64,000 bases of DNA from Eledone cirrhosa (Eukaryota): the NCBI GenBank assembly GCA_964016885.1, contig OZ024745.1:18662001-18726000 (forward strand), read 5' to 3'. Made by a program: the position numbers and the translations under genes. Below the pieces are notes generated by a model that was not told the DNA's origin, searched no databases, and was given only the letters and a program-made list of their open reading frames with translations. Below, in pieces: positions 62,997 to 64,000 of the stretch; the stretch's first letter is position 1, and each line of letters opens with the position of its first letter.

Positions 62997-64000
62997 AGTG
63001 TTGATGTTGTTGTTGGTGATGGTAGTGGAGTGTTGATGTTGTTGTTGGTGATGGTAGTGTTGTGTTGATGTTGTTATTGGTGATGGTACTGTTGTGTTGA
63101 TGTTGTTGTTGATGGTAGTGTTGTGTTGATGTTGTTATTGGTGATGGTAGTGTTGTGTTGATGTTGTTGTTGGTGGTAGTGTTGTGTTGATGTTGTTGTT
63201 GGTGATGGTAGTGTTGTGTTGATGTTGTTGTTGGTGATGGTAGTGTTGTGTTGATGTTGTTGGTGATGGTAGTGTTGTGTTGTTGTTGTTGGTGGTAGTG
63301 TTGTGTTGATGTTGTTGTTGGTGATGGTAGTGTTGTGTTGATGTTGTTATTGGTGATGGTAGTGTTGTGTTGATGTTGTTGGTGGTGGTAGTGTTGTGTT
63401 GATGTTGGTGATGGTAGTGTTGTGTTGATGTTGTTGTTGGTGATGGTAGTGTTGTGTTGATGTTGTTGTTGGTGATGGTAGTGTTGTTTTGATGTTGTTG
63501 GTGAAGGTAGTGTTGTGTTGATGTTGTTGGTGATGGTAGTGTTGTGTTGATGTTGTTGTTGGTGATGGTAGTGTTGTGTTGATGTTGTTGGTGACGGTAG
63601 TGTTGTGTTGATGTTGTTGGTGATGGTAGTGTTGTGTTGATGTTGTTGTTGGTGATGGTAGTGTTGTGTTGATGTTGTTGGTGATGGTAGTGTTGTGTTG
63701 ATGTTGTTGTTGGTGATGGTAGTGTTGTGTTGATGTTGTTGGTGACGGTAGTGGTGTGTTGATGTTGTTGGTGATGGTAGTGTTGTGTTGATGTTGTTGT
63801 TGGTGATGGTAGTGTTGTGTTGATGTTGTTGTTGGTGATGGTAGTGTTGTGTTGATGTTGTTGTTGGTGATGGTAGTGTTGTGTTGATGTTGTTGTTGTT
63901 GATGGTAGTGTTGTGTTGATGTTGTTGTTGGTGATGGTAGTGTTGTGTTGATGTTGTTGTTGGTGAAGGTAGTCTTGTGTTGATGTTGTTGTTGTTGATT
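62997..64000. repeat. HOR unit B copy 3 (partial, cut by window end)
   Basis: Single GGTACTG (63089). The window ends in ...GTTGATT, the start of the B-diagnostic GATTGTAG. Confidence 0.8.

Larger units (their letters stand above)
34236..64000. repeat. Tandem satellite array (same monomer and orientation), right contig
   Basis: Same 32/29/26 bp monomers head-to-tail. Runs off the right window edge. Confidence 0.99.

Noticed and set aside
1-64000. CRISPR array (32 bp repeat length is in range)
   Set aside because: The repeats are directly adjacent with no unique spacers, and there is no leader, palindrome or cas gene.
1-64000. Canonical telomerase repeat tract or strong G-quadruplex array
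   Set aside because: No TTAGGG, TTAGG or TTTAGGG units. The consensus has only two GG dinucleotides and no GGG, so at most weak two-tetrad structures are possible.
1-64000. Embedded transposon, RNA gene, hairpin or inverted repeat
   Set aside because: I saw no non-satellite sequence or strand switch, and a strand nearly lacking C and A cannot form stable Watson-Crick stems.
38000-64000. Monomer variant order as an information-bearing code or diversity cassette system
   Set aside because: The variant patterns are fully explained by nested duplication, deletion and conversion. No associated enzyme gene or expression site is present in the window.

Overview
The whole 64 kb window is one eukaryote-style tandem satellite array, interrupted by a 200-N assembly gap (34036-34235). 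The consensus monomer is 32 bp, ATGTTGTTGTTGGTGATGGTAGTGTTGTGTTG (16 T, 13 G, 3 A, 0 C), with common 29 bp and rarer 26 bp variants that differ by whole triplets. All monomers face the same way on both sides of the gap. I find no credible protein-coding gene, RNA gene, transposon or CRISPR array, and all listed ORFs are by-products of the repeat, the gap or degraded sequence. The real structure is higher-order, read from rare marker substitutions. Left of the gap there are ~1-1.3 kb subunits, 2.0-3.1 kb higher-order repeats (HORs) and a block duplicated at 13,238 bp spacing. Right of the gap there is an alternating A/B HOR: A is 5,156 bp (three copies), and the B-type copies lack a 479 bp internal duplication and carry different large deletions. 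One length-neutral 119 bp conversion-like tract is also present. Stretches at about 22-24.4 kb, 28.2-34 kb and 34.2-37.9 kb look like low-quality consensus. I could not find a new gene-based system. Species, chromosomal position and function cannot be determined from this window. Coordinates were counted by hand and may be off by a few bases.
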